Origin: Bacteroidia bacterium | Lineage (GTDB): Bacteria; Bacteroidota; Bacteroidia; SpSt-205 | Direction: 5' to 3' | Assembly: GCA_025054525.1 (NCBI GenBank) | Contig: JANWZJ010000005.1 | Location: 2,458-53,279, forward strand | Length of the DNA: 50,822 nucleotides | In this document: piece by piece, positions 19,335 through 29,548 of the stretch | How positions within the stretch are numbered: position 1 is the stretch's first letter | Layout: each line of letters begins with the position of its first letter | Notes under the pieces: generated by a model | What the model was told of the DNA's origin: nothing | Seen by the model: only the letters and a program-made list of their open reading frames with translations | Database searches by the model: none | Translations under genes and position numbers: made by a program

Positions 19335-20371
19335 TCAGAAACGACTGACTTTTCTCCGGAAAGTATTTGACGATATGTTAGAGCAAGCAGGTCTGCTATA
19401 GGATGCGTTGGAGGCAACTGCCACCACTTATTAGCGTAAAATAAGCTCCGTACAGGCATAATCGTAGCCGCTGTACCCGTTCCAAATACTTCCAAAATGC
19501 TCCCATGGGCTATCCCTTCAGTCAATTCGTGAATGGATACTTCTTGCTCTTTCCAAGAGATTCCCAGCATCTGTGCCATTTTGAGCACAGTATCTCGGGT
19601 GATTCCAGGCAAAATCGTTCCTCTATCTAAGGGAGGCGTAATCAGCGTAGGACCTTTTTGCACGAAAAAGACATTCATTGTACTGAACTCCTCTATGAGC
19701 TCATGCCGAATAGCATCTAACCACAGAGAAACATGGCAGTTGTGCTGCTGAGCTTTCTTGCCACTGAGCATGGCTGCCGAATAGTTGCCTGCCATCTTGA
19801 TAGAACCGGTCCCCCCAGGCGCAGCACGAACTAACTCTTCTTCCACATAAACTCGTACTGGTTCACCGTAGTAAGGTCCGACAGGCGTTAGATAAATAAG
19901 GAATATATAGCTGTCTGAAGGTCGTACTCCGAGCCAGGGGTCTGCAGCGAAATAAAGCGGGCGAATATAAAGGGCATGCCGCAGATCAGGAGGGAAAAGG
20001 TCTTTTTCTACTTGGAGAAGTCGCCGCAGCAAGCCCAGAAAAAGCTCTGCAGGCACGGGGGGCATGACAAGGCGCTCAGCCGAACGAACAAATCGTTGAT
20101 AGTGGTCTGCTACTCTGAAAGCAAAGTAGGTGTCTTTGGGTCTGTGATAGGCTTTAAGCCCTTCAAATATAGCTTGCCCATAATGAAGTGCAGATGTCCC
20201 GGGCGAAAGAGATAAACGCTCAAATCGCTTGACTCGGACCTCTTGCCACCCCCCTTCCTGATACTTAGCATAGGCAAGATAGCGACCAAAAACCCTCCCA
20301 AAAGGAAGCTGCTCCCATGAGATAGCGGGGGGAGGTAACGCAGTATCTTCTACAATGATTTCCCAGTTCAT
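19316..20371 (-). CDS. ilvE: Branched-chain amino acid aminotransferase
   Basis: LHYGQAIFEGLKAY, YIRP, K-MAGNY, ILPGITR, GTGTAA. Start 20371 gives an ATGA overlap with the upstream gene. Confidence 0.95.
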   Translation of the reverse strand: MNWEIIVEDTALPPPAISWEQLPFGRVFGRYLAYAKYQEGGWQEVRVKRFERLSLSPGTSALHYGQAIFEGLKAYHRPKDTYFAFRVADHYQRFVRSAERLVMPPVPAELFLGLLRRLLQVEKDLFPPDLRHALYIRPLYFAADPWLGVRPSDSYIFLIYLTPVGPYYGEPVRVYVEEELVRAAPGGTGSIKMAGNYSAAMLSGKKAQQHNCHVSLWLDAIRHELIEEFSTMNVFFVQKGPTLITPPLDRGTILPGITRDTVLKMAQMLGISWKEQEVSIHELTEGIAHGSILEVFGTGTAATIMPVRSLFYANKWWQLPPTHPIADLLALTYRQILSGEKSVVSEWIWEI

Positions 20372-21573
20372 GGTCCGACTACCTGTAAAGGGGCTCGCTG
20401 AATACGCTGCCACACTTGCGTAACGCTCTCACCTTTCAGAAACCGCCATAACCCTACGGCCTGGGCAAGGTGAGCCAAGATAAAGTATCCTGGCACCCGC
20501 AGAAGCATAGGTATCTTTACATACGGCATATACAAAAATACAAACGCCTCAAGCCATGCCAGCGCTTGTAGTCCAAACAGGAGGGTATAGATTATTTTGC
20601 CCTGCAGCATTAGGATAGATGAGCTTATGAAGAGGAGGACTAAAGCAGGTGGTACTATAAAGTACCGACTGAGCTTGTGCGAAAACAGAAAGAAGAAGAA
20701 TAGAGGTTCTCTCGCAATATCACTCCCTTTCACACGGGCGAATATTCCATGAAGGACATTATAGGTAATTCGGCTTTTGCGCAGGAATTCTGTTCGTATA
20801 TCTACAGAGGGAGACTCAAAAGTAATTGCTTCATCTGTGTAGCGAATGGGTTTGCCTCGGAAGCCTAAATCTAAAATGAAGTAAATATCATCTCCACTAC
20901 CAAGGGAAGTAATTTCCGGCCACCATTCTGTTCGTATGAGAAAGAACTCTCCTCCTAATCCTAAGCTTCTATCAAAGAAGCTTTCCCATTTGCGCAGAAG
21001 ATTTTCCCAGTGGAGATACGAGATTTCAGCGGCTTCGGGGGGAAGCGCACCTTCTTTGAGCAGGTATCGGAATCCTCCTACTGCTCCTGCTTCGGGGGGG
21101 CGAAGCATCAGCCGAACCGCCGCTTTCAAGCTGGCAGGGGCAGGCAAGGCATTCGCATCGCTAATCAAGGTTAGGGGCGTTTGCACATAAGGACGAGCCC
21201 TATTGAGAGCAGCTGATTTCCCTTCCCGAGGCACTACTAAATACTCTGCTTCGGGATATTCCTTCAAAGCATTTAAGGTAGCTTTTAGGGACTCATCCCC
21301 TTCATGGGTGGAAATCACCCATAGAATCCGTAGCTTCTCTCGGGGATAGTCTAATCTCCGTAAGGCTTCCATTTTGGGGATGACCGATTCGGCTTCCTTG
21401 TAAGCAGGGATGAGAATAGTAACTTCGGGCCAGACCGCAGGGTCTGGTAGGGGTTTCTGGGGACGCAGCCACTTCACCACCCCCGCTATAGCCCCCAAGG
21501 CAAGAGGATAGAACAAGTAAGTGTAAGCCACTAAGAAGGCACTTACCCAGAATATAACCTCCCCGATGGACAT
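20368..21573 (-). CDS. Membrane glycosyltransferase, family 2
   Basis: VTILIPAYKE, GKSAALN, SDAN, GDD, C-terminal TM helices. Confidence 0.9.
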   Translation of the reverse strand: MSIGEVIFWVSAFLVAYTYLFYPLALGAIAGVVKWLRPQKPLPDPAVWPEVTILIPAYKEAESVIPKMEALRRLDYPREKLRILWVISTHEGDESLKATLNALKEYPEAEYLVVPREGKSAALNRARPYVQTPLTLISDANALPAPASLKAAVRLMLRPPEAGAVGGFRYLLKEGALPPEAAEISYLHWENLLRKWESFFDRSLGLGGEFFLIRTEWWPEITSLGSGDDIYFILDLGFRGKPIRYTDEAITFESPSVDIRTEFLRKSRITYNVLHGIFARVKGSDIAREPLFFFFLFSHKLSRYFIVPPALVLLFISSSILMLQGKIIYTLLFGLQALAWLEAFVFLYMPYVKIPMLLRVPGYFILAHLAQAVGLWRFLKGESVTQVWQRIQRAPLQVVGP

Positions 21574-21578
21574 TTAGG

Positions 21579-21586
21579 CAAAAATA
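21579..21586 (-). promoter_or_regulatory. -7 promoter element (GT2-ilvE-pdxH)
   Basis: TATTTTTG, 5 nt before ATG. Confidence 0.8.
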
Positions 21587-21595
21587 TAGCGCAGC

Positions 21596-21603
21596 TACCT
21601 TTG
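21596..21603 (+). promoter_or_regulatory. -7 promoter element (LD-carboxypeptidase)
   Basis: TACCTTTG, 4 nt before GTG. Confidence 0.8.
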
Positions 21604-21607
21604 TTGT

Positions 21608-22540
21608 GTGATCTGGCCGGCACCCCTCCGAAGGGGCGATACTATCCTACTCGTAGCTTCTTCCAGAAGAGTAGAACCCGCAGAACTTCGCCCTTTTCTG
21701 GAGTTTGCTCGCATTCAGAACTGGAAAATAGAGTATGACCCTAATACTCTGTATGCCAAAGAAGGCTTGTTAGCAGGTTCGGACACTCAGCGCCTTTCTG
21801 TATTGCAGCAGGCTTTAGATGACCCTAAGGCTAAAGCCATATGGTTTGCCCGGGGCGGCTATGGTAGTTCTCGGATATGGCCTCTGCTTAGCTGGGAAGG
21901 GTTCAGGGCTCACCCCAAGTGGCTCATCGGCTTCAGTGATACTACACCTTTCCTCTGGGGCGCAGCGAAGATAGGCGTAGTGGCACTTCATGCACCCGTA
22001 GCCGCTTATATTCCCTATCGTACTTCCATTCAAGCGGTTAATCAGCTTCTCGCGCTACTGCGCGGTGAAGAGAACTATTATACGCTTACTTGGAGCTATC
22101 GGCCTTGGTTAGCGTGGAGGGTAGGAAAAGCCGAAGGCAAACTATTAGGGGGCAATCTTACTTTGCTTCAGAGCTTGTGTGGCACTACTTTAGATTTGAA
22201 GCTATGGCGGGAGCCTATCTTACTTTTCTGGGAGGAGGTGGGCGAGTATTTCTATCGGTTGGATCGTATGAGCTGGCATCTTCGCAACGCTGGATGGTAC
22301 GATCAAAGCACAGGGGTTATGATAGGCAGCCTTACGCTCATGAGAGAAGATGAAGATTTTCCTTTTGGAAGGAGCGCCGATGCGATAGTAAGGGAGAGCG
22401 TGGGCAAGAACATACCCTTAGTCATGGGGATGCCAATAGGGCACACCCAAGAGAACTATCCCGTGCCAGTGGGCGCGTGGGCTGAGCTGGAAGTGCGAGA
22501 GGAAGGGGCTCGCTTATCCCTGACCCGGGGCACTAAGTGA
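21608..22540 (+). CDS. LD-carboxypeptidase (peptidase S66)
   Basis: [32 protein letters not shown]. Confidence 0.93.
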   Translation: MIWPAPLRRGDTILLVASSRRVEPAELRPFLEFARIQNWKIEYDPNTLYAKEGLLAGSDTQRLSVLQQALDDPKAKAIWFARGGYGSSRIWPLLSWEGFRAHPKWLIGFSDTTPFLWGAAKIGVVALHAPVAAYIPYRTSIQAVNQLLALLRGEENYYTLTWSYRPWLAWRVGKAEGKLLGGNLTLLQSLCGTTLDLKLWREPILLFWEEVGEYFYRLDRMSWHLRNAGWYDQSTGVMIGSLTLMREDEDFPFGRSADAIVRESVGKNIPLVMGMPIGHTQENYPVPVGAWAELEVREEGARLSLTRGTK

Positions 22541-22783
22541 GAGCACCTCTACGTATCGCCGCCCCTTTTTCTCACGAAAGCTAACCGTACCTTCTACCAG
22601 CGCATAGAGCGTATGGTCTTTCCCCATGCCTACACCTCTACCCGGCCAGAAACGCGTACCTCTTTGCCTGACGATGATATTCCCAGGACGCGCCATTTGA
22701 CCGCCAAATAGCTTCACTCCCAGCCTTTTACTTTCTGACTCACGACCATTGCGCGTACTGCCCAAGCCCTTTTTATGTGCCAT
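22514..22783 (-). CDS. rpmA: 50S ribosomal protein L27
   Basis: [32 protein letters not shown]. Confidence 0.99.
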   Translation of the reverse strand: MAHKKGLGSTRNGRESESKRLGVKLFGGQMARPGNIIVRQRGTRFWPGRGVGMGKDHTLYALVEGTVSFREKKGRRYVEVLSLSAPGQG

Positions 22784-22786
22784 AGT

Positions 22787-23092
22787 CTACAGAGATTGTA
22801 CGGTTAGGAGAGTCATCGGCTGACGATGTCCGTATTTGCGCTTGTACCCCTTGCGACGCTTCTTCTTGAATACCACGATCTTAGGGGCACGCAGATGCTG
22901 CTCTACCTTGAGACGCACCTGTGCAGGGAGATAGGGAGTGCCAACAAGCACACCTTCCTTTTCCCCTGCCATAACAAGCGCTTTATCTACGACGAACTCT
23001 TCCCCTTCACGATAGGGCAACCGATTCACTACCAGCTTATCACCTGCCCTCACTTTCCACTGCTGCCCTCCTATTTCTATGACCGCAAACAT
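22787..23092 (-). CDS. rplU: 50S ribosomal protein L21
   Basis: MFAVIEIGGQQWKV, FKKKRRKGY, GHRQ. Confidence 0.99.
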   Translation of the reverse strand: MFAVIEIGGQQWKVRAGDKLVVNRLPYREGEEFVVDKALVMAGEKEGVLVGTPYLPAQVRLKVEQHLRAPKIVVFKKKRRKGYKRKYGHRQPMTLLTVQSL

Positions 23093-23097
23093 AACCT

Positions 23098-25914
23098 CTA
23101 TTCATGTAAGATTTTGAGAGATTGCCTGTGGATTTGACCTGAGAAGTCTCGTACCTCTACCTGGAGAAGGTAGAGTCCTGAAGCAATATCGCTGAGATTC
23201 CAGCGGAGTGTGTGCTCACCGACTGGCAGAGTGTTCGGGTAAGTTTGGCCAGCTACTTTCCTACCATCCAGTGTAAATACACTGAGCTGGATGCGCTGAG
23301 CCCCTTCAGGCAGTTGCAGTTTTAGGTGGAGGTCTGTAGAGAAGGGATTAGGATAGGCTTCTACCCGCATTTGATTCGCCAGTTCGGTGTGGGAGAGGGC
23401 AGTCGCCTTGCGTCCGCTGATTTTCCAAATACCCCTACCCCATGTCGCGATAAAAATAGGTTTCTGCGGATCAGGCAAGAGCCTGCCTTCTATTTGAGGT
23501 TCTTGACCAGGACGCCCACGCACTACTGTATCCACCCGATAGAAGAAGGGCTTCCACGCAATAGCAGTAACCGGCACTCTACCCACAGACTCACCTGTCA
23601 TCTCTTCCCATACAGGGTTAGTTACATCAGGGCAACGCCACAGCCCCCACTCAGTGCCCGCCAACAAGAATACCGAGGAGTCTGGATAGAAAAATAGACT
23701 ATATACAGGGATATTTGGGAGGTTAGCGTGAATAGAAATAAAGTCAGGCTGCGCATCAGTGGCATTAGTTGAGAGGAGAATTCGTTTTCTAGAACCTCCA
23801 TAACTTCCTACTGCTATGGCGACTAAGTTCGGATTTCGGGGATGCACGGCTATGGCACTAATCCATCTGCCCCTTACCAATCCCTCAATACGATCAGTCA
23901 GATTCTCTGCACGAGGGCTCATACAACCAGGTGTGTTCGGAACCAAATCCCCTGCATTTCTCACGCGATACAACTGACCGTTAGAAGTGCCAATCCACAG
24001 CGTAGTATTAGAGTCAGCCGCAATAGCAGTGGGAATGATCCGAGCAGGATTATAATAGTCTGTGAGGGCTACCTCTCCGATAAAGCCTAAGTTACCTTGA
24101 ATAACTTTATTCCAACGGGCTATCGTATCCGGCGAAGTACTTATAGGATTACTAACACACCAGACTGTACCTGAAGTAGCTACAAATAGAAAACTTTTTC
24201 CTTCTCTCAGACCGTCCCGATTCAGCACTCGCTCCCCAAACTTCTCCACAAGTACTATAGGGGTGTAATGAGGACCGAAGTTATCGGGCCTATCTTGGTC
24301 ATTGGAAGCACGCAGGGACTGAATGTTAGTAGGATCACAGTTTGTACGAAGAGGAGCAGCATAAAATGAAGTATAGGTCTGTCCTTGATCCGTAGCAGAA
24401 CGAACCCTACCCCCGTGGAATCCTAAAAAGGATATTTGGGGGTCTATGAGGGAAGCCGCCGTAAACCCATACAGAAAAGAAGAGGAAATACCAGACACAC
24501 TAAAATCAGAAGAGTATGTAGCCGCACGGAAAGTACCCGGAATATCTTTTTCAGTTCTATTGATGATACTAAGGGGAGAAGGTCCTGATGCATAGATAGT
24601 ACCGTCGGAAGCTATACTGAGGGACATGACCCGACTCGCCCAAATTCCAATATCACTGGGCTGGAGTTGGGTTCTGTCTGGGGATATTCGCACTAATCGT
24701 CCCTCTCCCGCTACCAGAAGTTCTCCTGAACTCAGATACAAAATGCTGCGTATCGTAGGAGGTATGCGAACCACGAGGGCTTCTCCTGAGACACGAGGAG
24801 TAGGATTGACTCGCAGCCATCCGGTGTTTGGCATGTATTCCCATAGGGTGCGTCCTCCTATGACGAGGCGATTAGGGTCAGTGGGATGAAGGCGCATAAT
24901 CAGAGTTCCTCCTCCCCCTACCACTGAAAATGCATTCGTAGCCTGATTGGCGCTTTCCGTCGGAGCGATTCGCGTCCAGTTCGCTCCTTCGTCTGAGCTC
25001 ACCCATACTCCTAATAGGCCGTTACTGACAGAAGGGACTGCGGATGTACCTATCAGAGCCACATAAACTACAGAAGGGTTAGCAGGAGATACTTGGACAA
25101 TCACCCGAGTGATAGTAGGTGCGGGAGACATAGAAATCGGATCTAATGGAATATTTCGTATAGTGGAGAAAGTCGCGCCACCATCTGTAGATACATATAA
25201 TGACTCTCTGCCTCCTACAAATAATTTTCCTCCTGCCCCCCATGCCAAGCTTCGAATAGGCTTACTTGAGATGAATCCAGTGCTTTGGAGGGTAGCCAAC
25301 CTATCTCCAGATATAAAAATCGTATCCGAAGTAGCTATGGCTACCTTGTCTCCTGAAGTAGCTATATCTACGATATTTAGTATGCCTACATTAGCATAGT
25401 TTAGGCTGTATGAAATGTTTGGATAAGTAAGTCTCCAAGTTGCATTTTGATTAGAGAAGTTTCGTCCATCCGTAGAAGTGTAAATCCCCGTTCCAGGGCG
25501 CCCGAAGTTACCCGTTATCCCTCCAGCTATCGTCAGAGAACTCAAAGAGATTCCTACTAAGTCATACTGCGCCACACTACCGGAGGCTACATACATAACA
25601 TCCCCTTGCACTGCGAGATGAGATATAGAGGGATTGACATAGCGCTCCTCTCCATTTTTATTGAGGGAGTAGCCTGGGACTATGCGCCAGGTCTTACCTT
25701 GATCTGCAGATTCATAGAGCCCTCCAAATCCAGTGCCTGCATATAACTTGCCTTTGTATTCTATGAGAGCCGTTATAGAGCCCCCCAAGTTAGTGGGTCC
25801 TACCGACTCCCATGTGAAGAGGGTGCTGGACTCTTCTAGTACTATGGGGCTAATAGGCTTCCAGTGAAGTGCGAACAGGAAAAGTATTAGAGTGAAGCTA
25901 AGGAAGCGCCGCAT
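23098..25914 (-). CDS. T9SS type-A cargo protein with BNR/Asp-box beta-propeller repeats
   Basis: SxDxGxTW/F repeats, WESVGPTNLGG, ATWGRGIWK, C-terminal YPNPF...SGLYLL...KIL. Start moved to MRRFLSF (signal peptide plus promoter box). Confidence 0.88.
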   Translation of the reverse strand: MRRFLSFTLILFLFALHWKPISPIVLEESSTLFTWESVGPTNLGGSITALIEYKGKLYAGTGFGGLYESADQGKTWRIVPGYSLNKNGEERYVNPSISHLAVQGDVMYVASGSVAQYDLVGISLSSLTIAGGITGNFGRPGTGIYTSTDGRNFSNQNATWRLTYPNISYSLNYANVGILNIVDIATSGDKVAIATSDTIFISGDRLATLQSTGFISSKPIRSLAWGAGGKLFVGGRESLYVSTDGGATFSTIRNIPLDPISMSPAPTITRVIVQVSPANPSVVYVALIGTSAVPSVSNGLLGVWVSSDEGANWTRIAPTESANQATNAFSVVGGGGTLIMRLHPTDPNRLVIGGRTLWEYMPNTGWLRVNPTPRVSGEALVVRIPPTIRSILYLSSGELLVAGEGRLVRISPDRTQLQPSDIGIWASRVMSLSIASDGTIYASGPSPLSIINRTEKDIPGTFRAATYSSDFSVSGISSSFLYGFTAASLIDPQISFLGFHGGRVRSATDQGQTYTSFYAAPLRTNCDPTNIQSLRASNDQDRPDNFGPHYTPIVLVEKFGERVLNRDGLREGKSFLFVATSGTVWCVSNPISTSPDTIARWNKVIQGNLGFIGEVALTDYYNPARIIPTAIAADSNTTLWIGTSNGQLYRVRNAGDLVPNTPGCMSPRAENLTDRIEGLVRGRWISAIAVHPRNPNLVAIAVGSYGGSRKRILLSTNATDAQPDFISIHANLPNIPVYSLFFYPDSSVFLLAGTEWGLWRCPDVTNPVWEEMTGESVGRVPVTAIAWKPFFYRVDTVVRGRPGQEPQIEGRLLPDPQKPIFIATWGRGIWKISGRKATALSHTELANQMRVEAYPNPFSTDLHLKLQLPEGAQRIQLSVFTLDGRKVAGQTYPNTLPVGEHTLRWNLSDIASGLYLLQVEVRDFSGQIHRQSLKILHE

Positions 25915-25919
25915 AGAGG

Positions 25920-25927
25920 CAAAGGTA
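25920..25927 (-). promoter_or_regulatory. -7 promoter element (T9SS cargo-rplU-rpmA)
   Basis: TACCTTTG, 5 nt before ATG 25914. Confidence 0.8.
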
Positions 25928-25939
25928 AGAAGAATTAGG

Positions 25940-26383
25940 TCAATTGCGCAAACGCTCTGCTGCGAGCCAAGGAAGTTTGCGAGGGTTAGGAACGGGTAGC
26001 GTGCCCAGCGTAACGGGCGCCTTCTCAGAAAGAGGGGGAGGTTTCTCATACTTAGGTGAAGGAGGGGGTGTAGGGGTTTGGGGCGGAATCCTCTGTCGCA
26101 ACCAGAGGTAGTTCTGCCATGCTATGGTATAAGTCGGCTGATAACGCAAGCTACGCTCCCACAGCCCTAAGGCTTCGCTACTGTCTCCCCGTTTGAGGGC
26201 TATTAGCCCCAGCTGCTGATAAATGAGCGCTCTATTCGCTGAGTCGCCCTCTACAGCGGCTACTGTATGCCAGAAAAAAAGCGCACTATCCCACTGCTGC
26301 CGGCGCGTATAGTACTGCGCTCTCTCATAAAGCCCATGCCATGCCGAAATAAGCTGTATCCAAACTACCGCTTGCGAAACCAT
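25940..26383 (-). CDS. TPR-containing hypothetical protein
   Basis: IYQQLGLIALKRGDSSEALGLWERSL TPR; Pro-rich tail. Confidence 0.75.
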   Translation of the reverse strand: MVSQAVVWIQLISAWHGLYERAQYYTRRQQWDSALFFWHTVAAVEGDSANRALIYQQLGLIALKRGDSSEALGLWERSLRYQPTYTIAWQNYLWLRQRIPPQTPTPPPSPKYEKPPPLSEKAPVTLGTLPVPNPRKLPWLAAERLRN

Positions 26384-28134
26384 TTACTCATGCGCATGCG
26401 ATACTGAGCTATCTCTTGTTTTTGAGTTTTTCTACGCTGATAAGCCCGAATCTGCGCAAGAATCGCTTCGCGGTTCGTGAAGCGCTTCATGAGCCAAGTC
26501 TGCCCTATTGTCAAAAGATTGATAACCGTATAATACCAGCTCAGGGCCGCTGAGGCATCGTTGAGAAAGAAGAAAAAGATTACAGGAAAGATATATACCA
26601 TCCAGCGCAGCGAAGGGTCCGCCGTGCTTGGGGTAGAGGACATGGAGAGACTATATAGTAGTGTGGTAACCGATGTCACCAAGGCAAAGAGGCTTAGGTG
26701 ATTTCCTATAATAGGAATAGAAAAACCCCAGTGCAAAAGCGCATCATAAGAGGATAAATCCTGCACCCATAGGAAATCTTTCTGCCGAAGCTCAAAGGAA
26801 TTGGGGAAAAAGCTGTACATCGCTGAGAAAATAGGGAGCTGTAAGAGAGCAGGAATACATCCTTGAAGGGGATTAACGCCAACCTGCTTATACAAGAGAC
26901 TACGCTCTATCATCAGTTTATCTGGCTGCCCCTTGTATTTTTCCTCCAACTGCTTGAACTCGGGCAAAGAATGCACGATCTCCATCCGAATCGCACTCCG
27001 ATAGCTCTGCCAGGTAATAGGTGAGAGTAGCACCTTGATGAACAAGGCAAGCAGGATAATAATAACCCCATAAGAGGGAATATACTTCTCCAAGAAGGTG
27101 AAGACAGGAATGACAAGCAGTGTATTGATATATCGCGCTATACTCCAGCCCAGTTCTATCTGCCGCTCATATTCTTGTTCATAGGAGGCAAGGAGGGAAT
27201 AGCGGGCAGGCCCTAAATACCATTCCATTTCTGCTGCTTGTCCCTCTAAAGGCAGTTGCAGTTCTGCCCGACTTACGGGCAAATGCTGAAAAGGCAAATT
27301 CTGCAGACGTGCCGTAGTGAATCCACTCTGCGCTTGTAGAATAGTACAAAAGAAATGCCCTTTGAACGATACCCAGTCAATTTTTCCTTGTAGCACTTTC
27401 TCTTCCACTTCATCTTCGTCGGGCCTGATGGACTCTACATCCTCTCCTTGCTTGTAGTACAGCGCACAGTAAGACAACATCTGCTTGGGGGAGATTTCTG
27501 TTTGGGGAGTACGGTACGCTACATGTAAGGATAGATATGGGTTGCGCAGGCGCTGAGCCAGCCCATGAAACGCTATTCGCCATCGCAGGCGGTAATCCCC
27601 AGCTCTTAGCAGATAGCTTATTCGCACAAAAGTATCCTGCGCTATAGGAAGCTGAAACACCACACTATCTTCCCCCTGCATAACGGGATTTTGGGGGATA
27701 TGGACAGGTATGAAATGAAGTCTCTCTGTGCTTATGATGGAGCGCCCTTCTGCAAAGAGCACTTGAAGGTGCTGTGTAGTATCCCATAAGCTAACTGGCT
27801 TGCCTGCGTGATCCTTATAGAGGGGTATTTCATGGGCTATGAGGCGAGCCCCCCTACTTGAAAACCGATAGCGAGCTGCGCGCGTCTGCACAACGAAAAG
27901 AGTTTCCCCTCCCTCCAAAAACCGGGCATATGCGCCATACTGAGCTCGGAGCTTATCCACGGAGTCTGACGCAGTAGGTAAGGCGGTCGGAGCTTTCACG
28001 GAATCGGCCTGGGCTGAAGGAGACGAGGAAGCAGACTGTGATGAAGAAGAAATGCCCCACCAAGAAAAGGCAATCGTCCACAAAAACATGAATAATGTCA
28101 GTAAGAAGAGGGCTAAGGCTGTATTACGGGACAC
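26365..28134 (-). CDS. yidC: Membrane protein insertase YidC
   Basis: FSSRGA, YLGP, YGVIIILL, NPLQGCIPALLQLPIF, FLWVQDLSSYD. Start moved to GTG 28134. Confidence 0.95.
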   Translation of the reverse strand: MSRNTALALFLLTLFMFLWTIAFSWWGISSSSQSASSSPSAQADSVKAPTALPTASDSVDKLRAQYGAYARFLEGGETLFVVQTRAARYRFSSRGARLIAHEIPLYKDHAGKPVSLWDTTQHLQVLFAEGRSIISTERLHFIPVHIPQNPVMQGEDSVVFQLPIAQDTFVRISYLLRAGDYRLRWRIAFHGLAQRLRNPYLSLHVAYRTPQTEISPKQMLSYCALYYKQGEDVESIRPDEDEVEEKVLQGKIDWVSFKGHFFCTILQAQSGFTTARLQNLPFQHLPVSRAELQLPLEGQAAEMEWYLGPARYSLLASYEQEYERQIELGWSIARYINTLLVIPVFTFLEKYIPSYGVIIILLALFIKVLLSPITWQSYRSAIRMEIVHSLPEFKQLEEKYKGQPDKLMIERSLLYKQVGVNPLQGCIPALLQLPIFSAMYSFFPNSFELRQKDFLWVQDLSSYDALLHWGFSIPIIGNHLSLFALVTSVTTLLYSLSMSSTPSTADPSLRWMVYIFPVIFFFFLNDASAALSWYYTVINLLTIGQTWLMKRFTNREAILAQIRAYQRRKTQKQEIAQYRMRMSKWFRKR

Positions 28135-28139
28135 CGCCG

Positions 28140-28147
28140 CAAAGTTA
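28140..28147 (-). promoter_or_regulatory. -7 promoter element (yidC)
   Basis: TAACTTTG, 5 nt before GTG. Confidence 0.8.
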
Positions 28148-28151
28148 GCCT

Positions 28152-28159
28152 TACCTTTG
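28152..28159 (+). promoter_or_regulatory. -7 promoter element (scpA)
   Basis: TACCTTTG, 4 nt before GTG. Confidence 0.8.
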
Positions 28160-28163
28160 CCAT

Positions 28164-28862
28164 GTGCAGCTTGCTTGGCGAGAGGGGCAGCTATGGATTG
28201 AGTCCAGCTTCTATGAAGGACCGCATGAACTCCTGCTCCTTTTCGCTCGCCGGGCAGAGCTACACTGGGAGGACCTTTCACTTCTCACTTTATTAGAAGC
28301 CTCTAAACCTCTTCTGAACCACCTCCCCTTAGAAGACCAAATGGAAGTACTGCTTTTTATGGCACAGCTTCTACAGCTCAAAGCACGGGGCATCCTACCT
28401 ATGCCGCCCGAAACAGAGCCAGCCGAAGCGTTAGCCAGCCCTCCCATCTCGCCCCCTCAGGAGAAATACGAGCCCTTTCTGCAGTTTTGGGAAGAGAGGA
28501 CTTCTGTATCTAAGTATCGCCTTGCGCGTCCTAACCCTTCCCTCCCAGAAGCAGAGGCTTTAGCCCCTATCTCTGCCTTGCGCCTTCTGCGCACCTATGC
28601 CCAAGTGATAGAAAGGTTTCATAAACTCCAACGCACCTACAGTCCCCCTGCACTCCCCTTCTCCCCCCAAGAGGTGGAGGCTTATTTACGAAACCTTTTT
28701 ATGCAACAATCTCGTTGGAAACTACGCACTCTCTGGATTCAGCTGCCCCAAGCCCCCCTGTACCGTGCGATGGTCTTCCTACAAATCCTTTTCTGGCTGC
28801 AGGAACGCCGCATTGTATTAGAGGAAGCCACCTTATGGGATGCCGTGCTTTTCTGGCCCTGA
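28164..28862 (+). CDS. scpA: Segregation/condensation protein A (kleisin), divergent
   Basis: FYEGPHELLL resembles FEGPLDLLL; MAQLLQLKARGILP; C-terminal winged-helix-like FLQIL. Confidence 0.72.
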   Translation: MQLAWREGQLWIESSFYEGPHELLLLFARRAELHWEDLSLLTLLEASKPLLNHLPLEDQMEVLLFMAQLLQLKARGILPMPPETEPAEALASPPISPPQEKYEPFLQFWEERTSVSKYRLARPNPSLPEAEALAPISALRLLRTYAQVIERFHKLQRTYSPPALPFSPQEVEAYLRNLFMQQSRWKLRTLWIQLPQAPLYRAMVFLQILFWLQERRIVLEEATLWDAVLFWP

Positions 28863-29548
28863 GCTTTCTCTACACCTGGGCTCAGGGGAACTATCGGCCT
28901 TTCATCATAGGATACGGAGGTTTTTTCCCATATGGTGCTTGGGGACAGCGTCGCTTACCCTTTCCACAAAATGGCTATGCTCGTTTAGGACATGGCCTCT
29001 ATGGGGCAAAGTATTACTACACACGCAGCCGGACCCGAGCCTGGTTCGTTTTCTTAGAACTGGGTCAGTGGGGAGTTCATACCGCAGGAATAATCCAAAG
29101 CCTACTTCCCCCGGGTGAAAGCCTCAGTCCTGACTTCCGACCCCCTTACCGCATGCTCTATTCTACTGCAGGTGGCGGGGGACTGACATGGAGATTCATC
29201 CTTTCACCCCACTTTTGGCTAAGCGTAGGAGCTGATCTCCGAATCGCTCATGTTAGCTATCCCACTTGGCTAATAACCCTCCTAAACAACCGACAAATGG
29301 AAATCAATATAGAGAGCAATAGCTTTATCGGCGGTAGCTTATCCGTAGAGGGCTGGGTGCCGTTGTACCCAAATAAGAATTCATATGCTTTGGGTATGGG
29401 ATTGAGCTTTCCTCAGGTATGGGGAGCGCCCGCGTATTATACTACCCGGCTACGAGATGCCACAGGCGATAAGGAGAATATCCGCAGGTCATATTATATC
29501 CGCCCTCTTTTTGGCGTGGGTCGGCTAATGTTTTCCTTTACCTTATAG
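28835..29548 (+). CDS. Hypothetical outer-membrane beta-barrel-like protein
   Basis: Signal peptide MGCRAFLALSFLYTWA|Q; alternating aromatic strands; start moved to 28835. Confidence 0.6.
   Translation: MGCRAFLALSFLYTWAQGNYRPFIIGYGGFFPYGAWGQRRLPFPQNGYARLGHGLYGAKYYYTRSRTRAWFVFLELGQWGVHTAGIIQSLLPPGESLSPDFRPPYRMLYSTAGGGGLTWRFILSPHFWLSVGADLRIAHVSYPTWLITLLNNRQMEINIESNSFIGGSLSVEGWVPLYPNKNSYALGMGLSFPQVWGAPAYYTTRLRDATGDKENIRRSYYIRPLFGVGRLMFSFTL

Noticed and set aside
23086-23093. TATGTTTG box overlapping the rplU start codon
   Set aside because: Explained by the Met-Phe-Ala codons; it could not transcribe an intact rplU.
25915-28281. Long N-terminal extensions of the T9SS cargo (26049) and yidC (28281) in the ORF track
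   Set aside because: They overlap neighbouring genes. Promoter boxes and signal/TM segments point to starts at 25914 and 28134.
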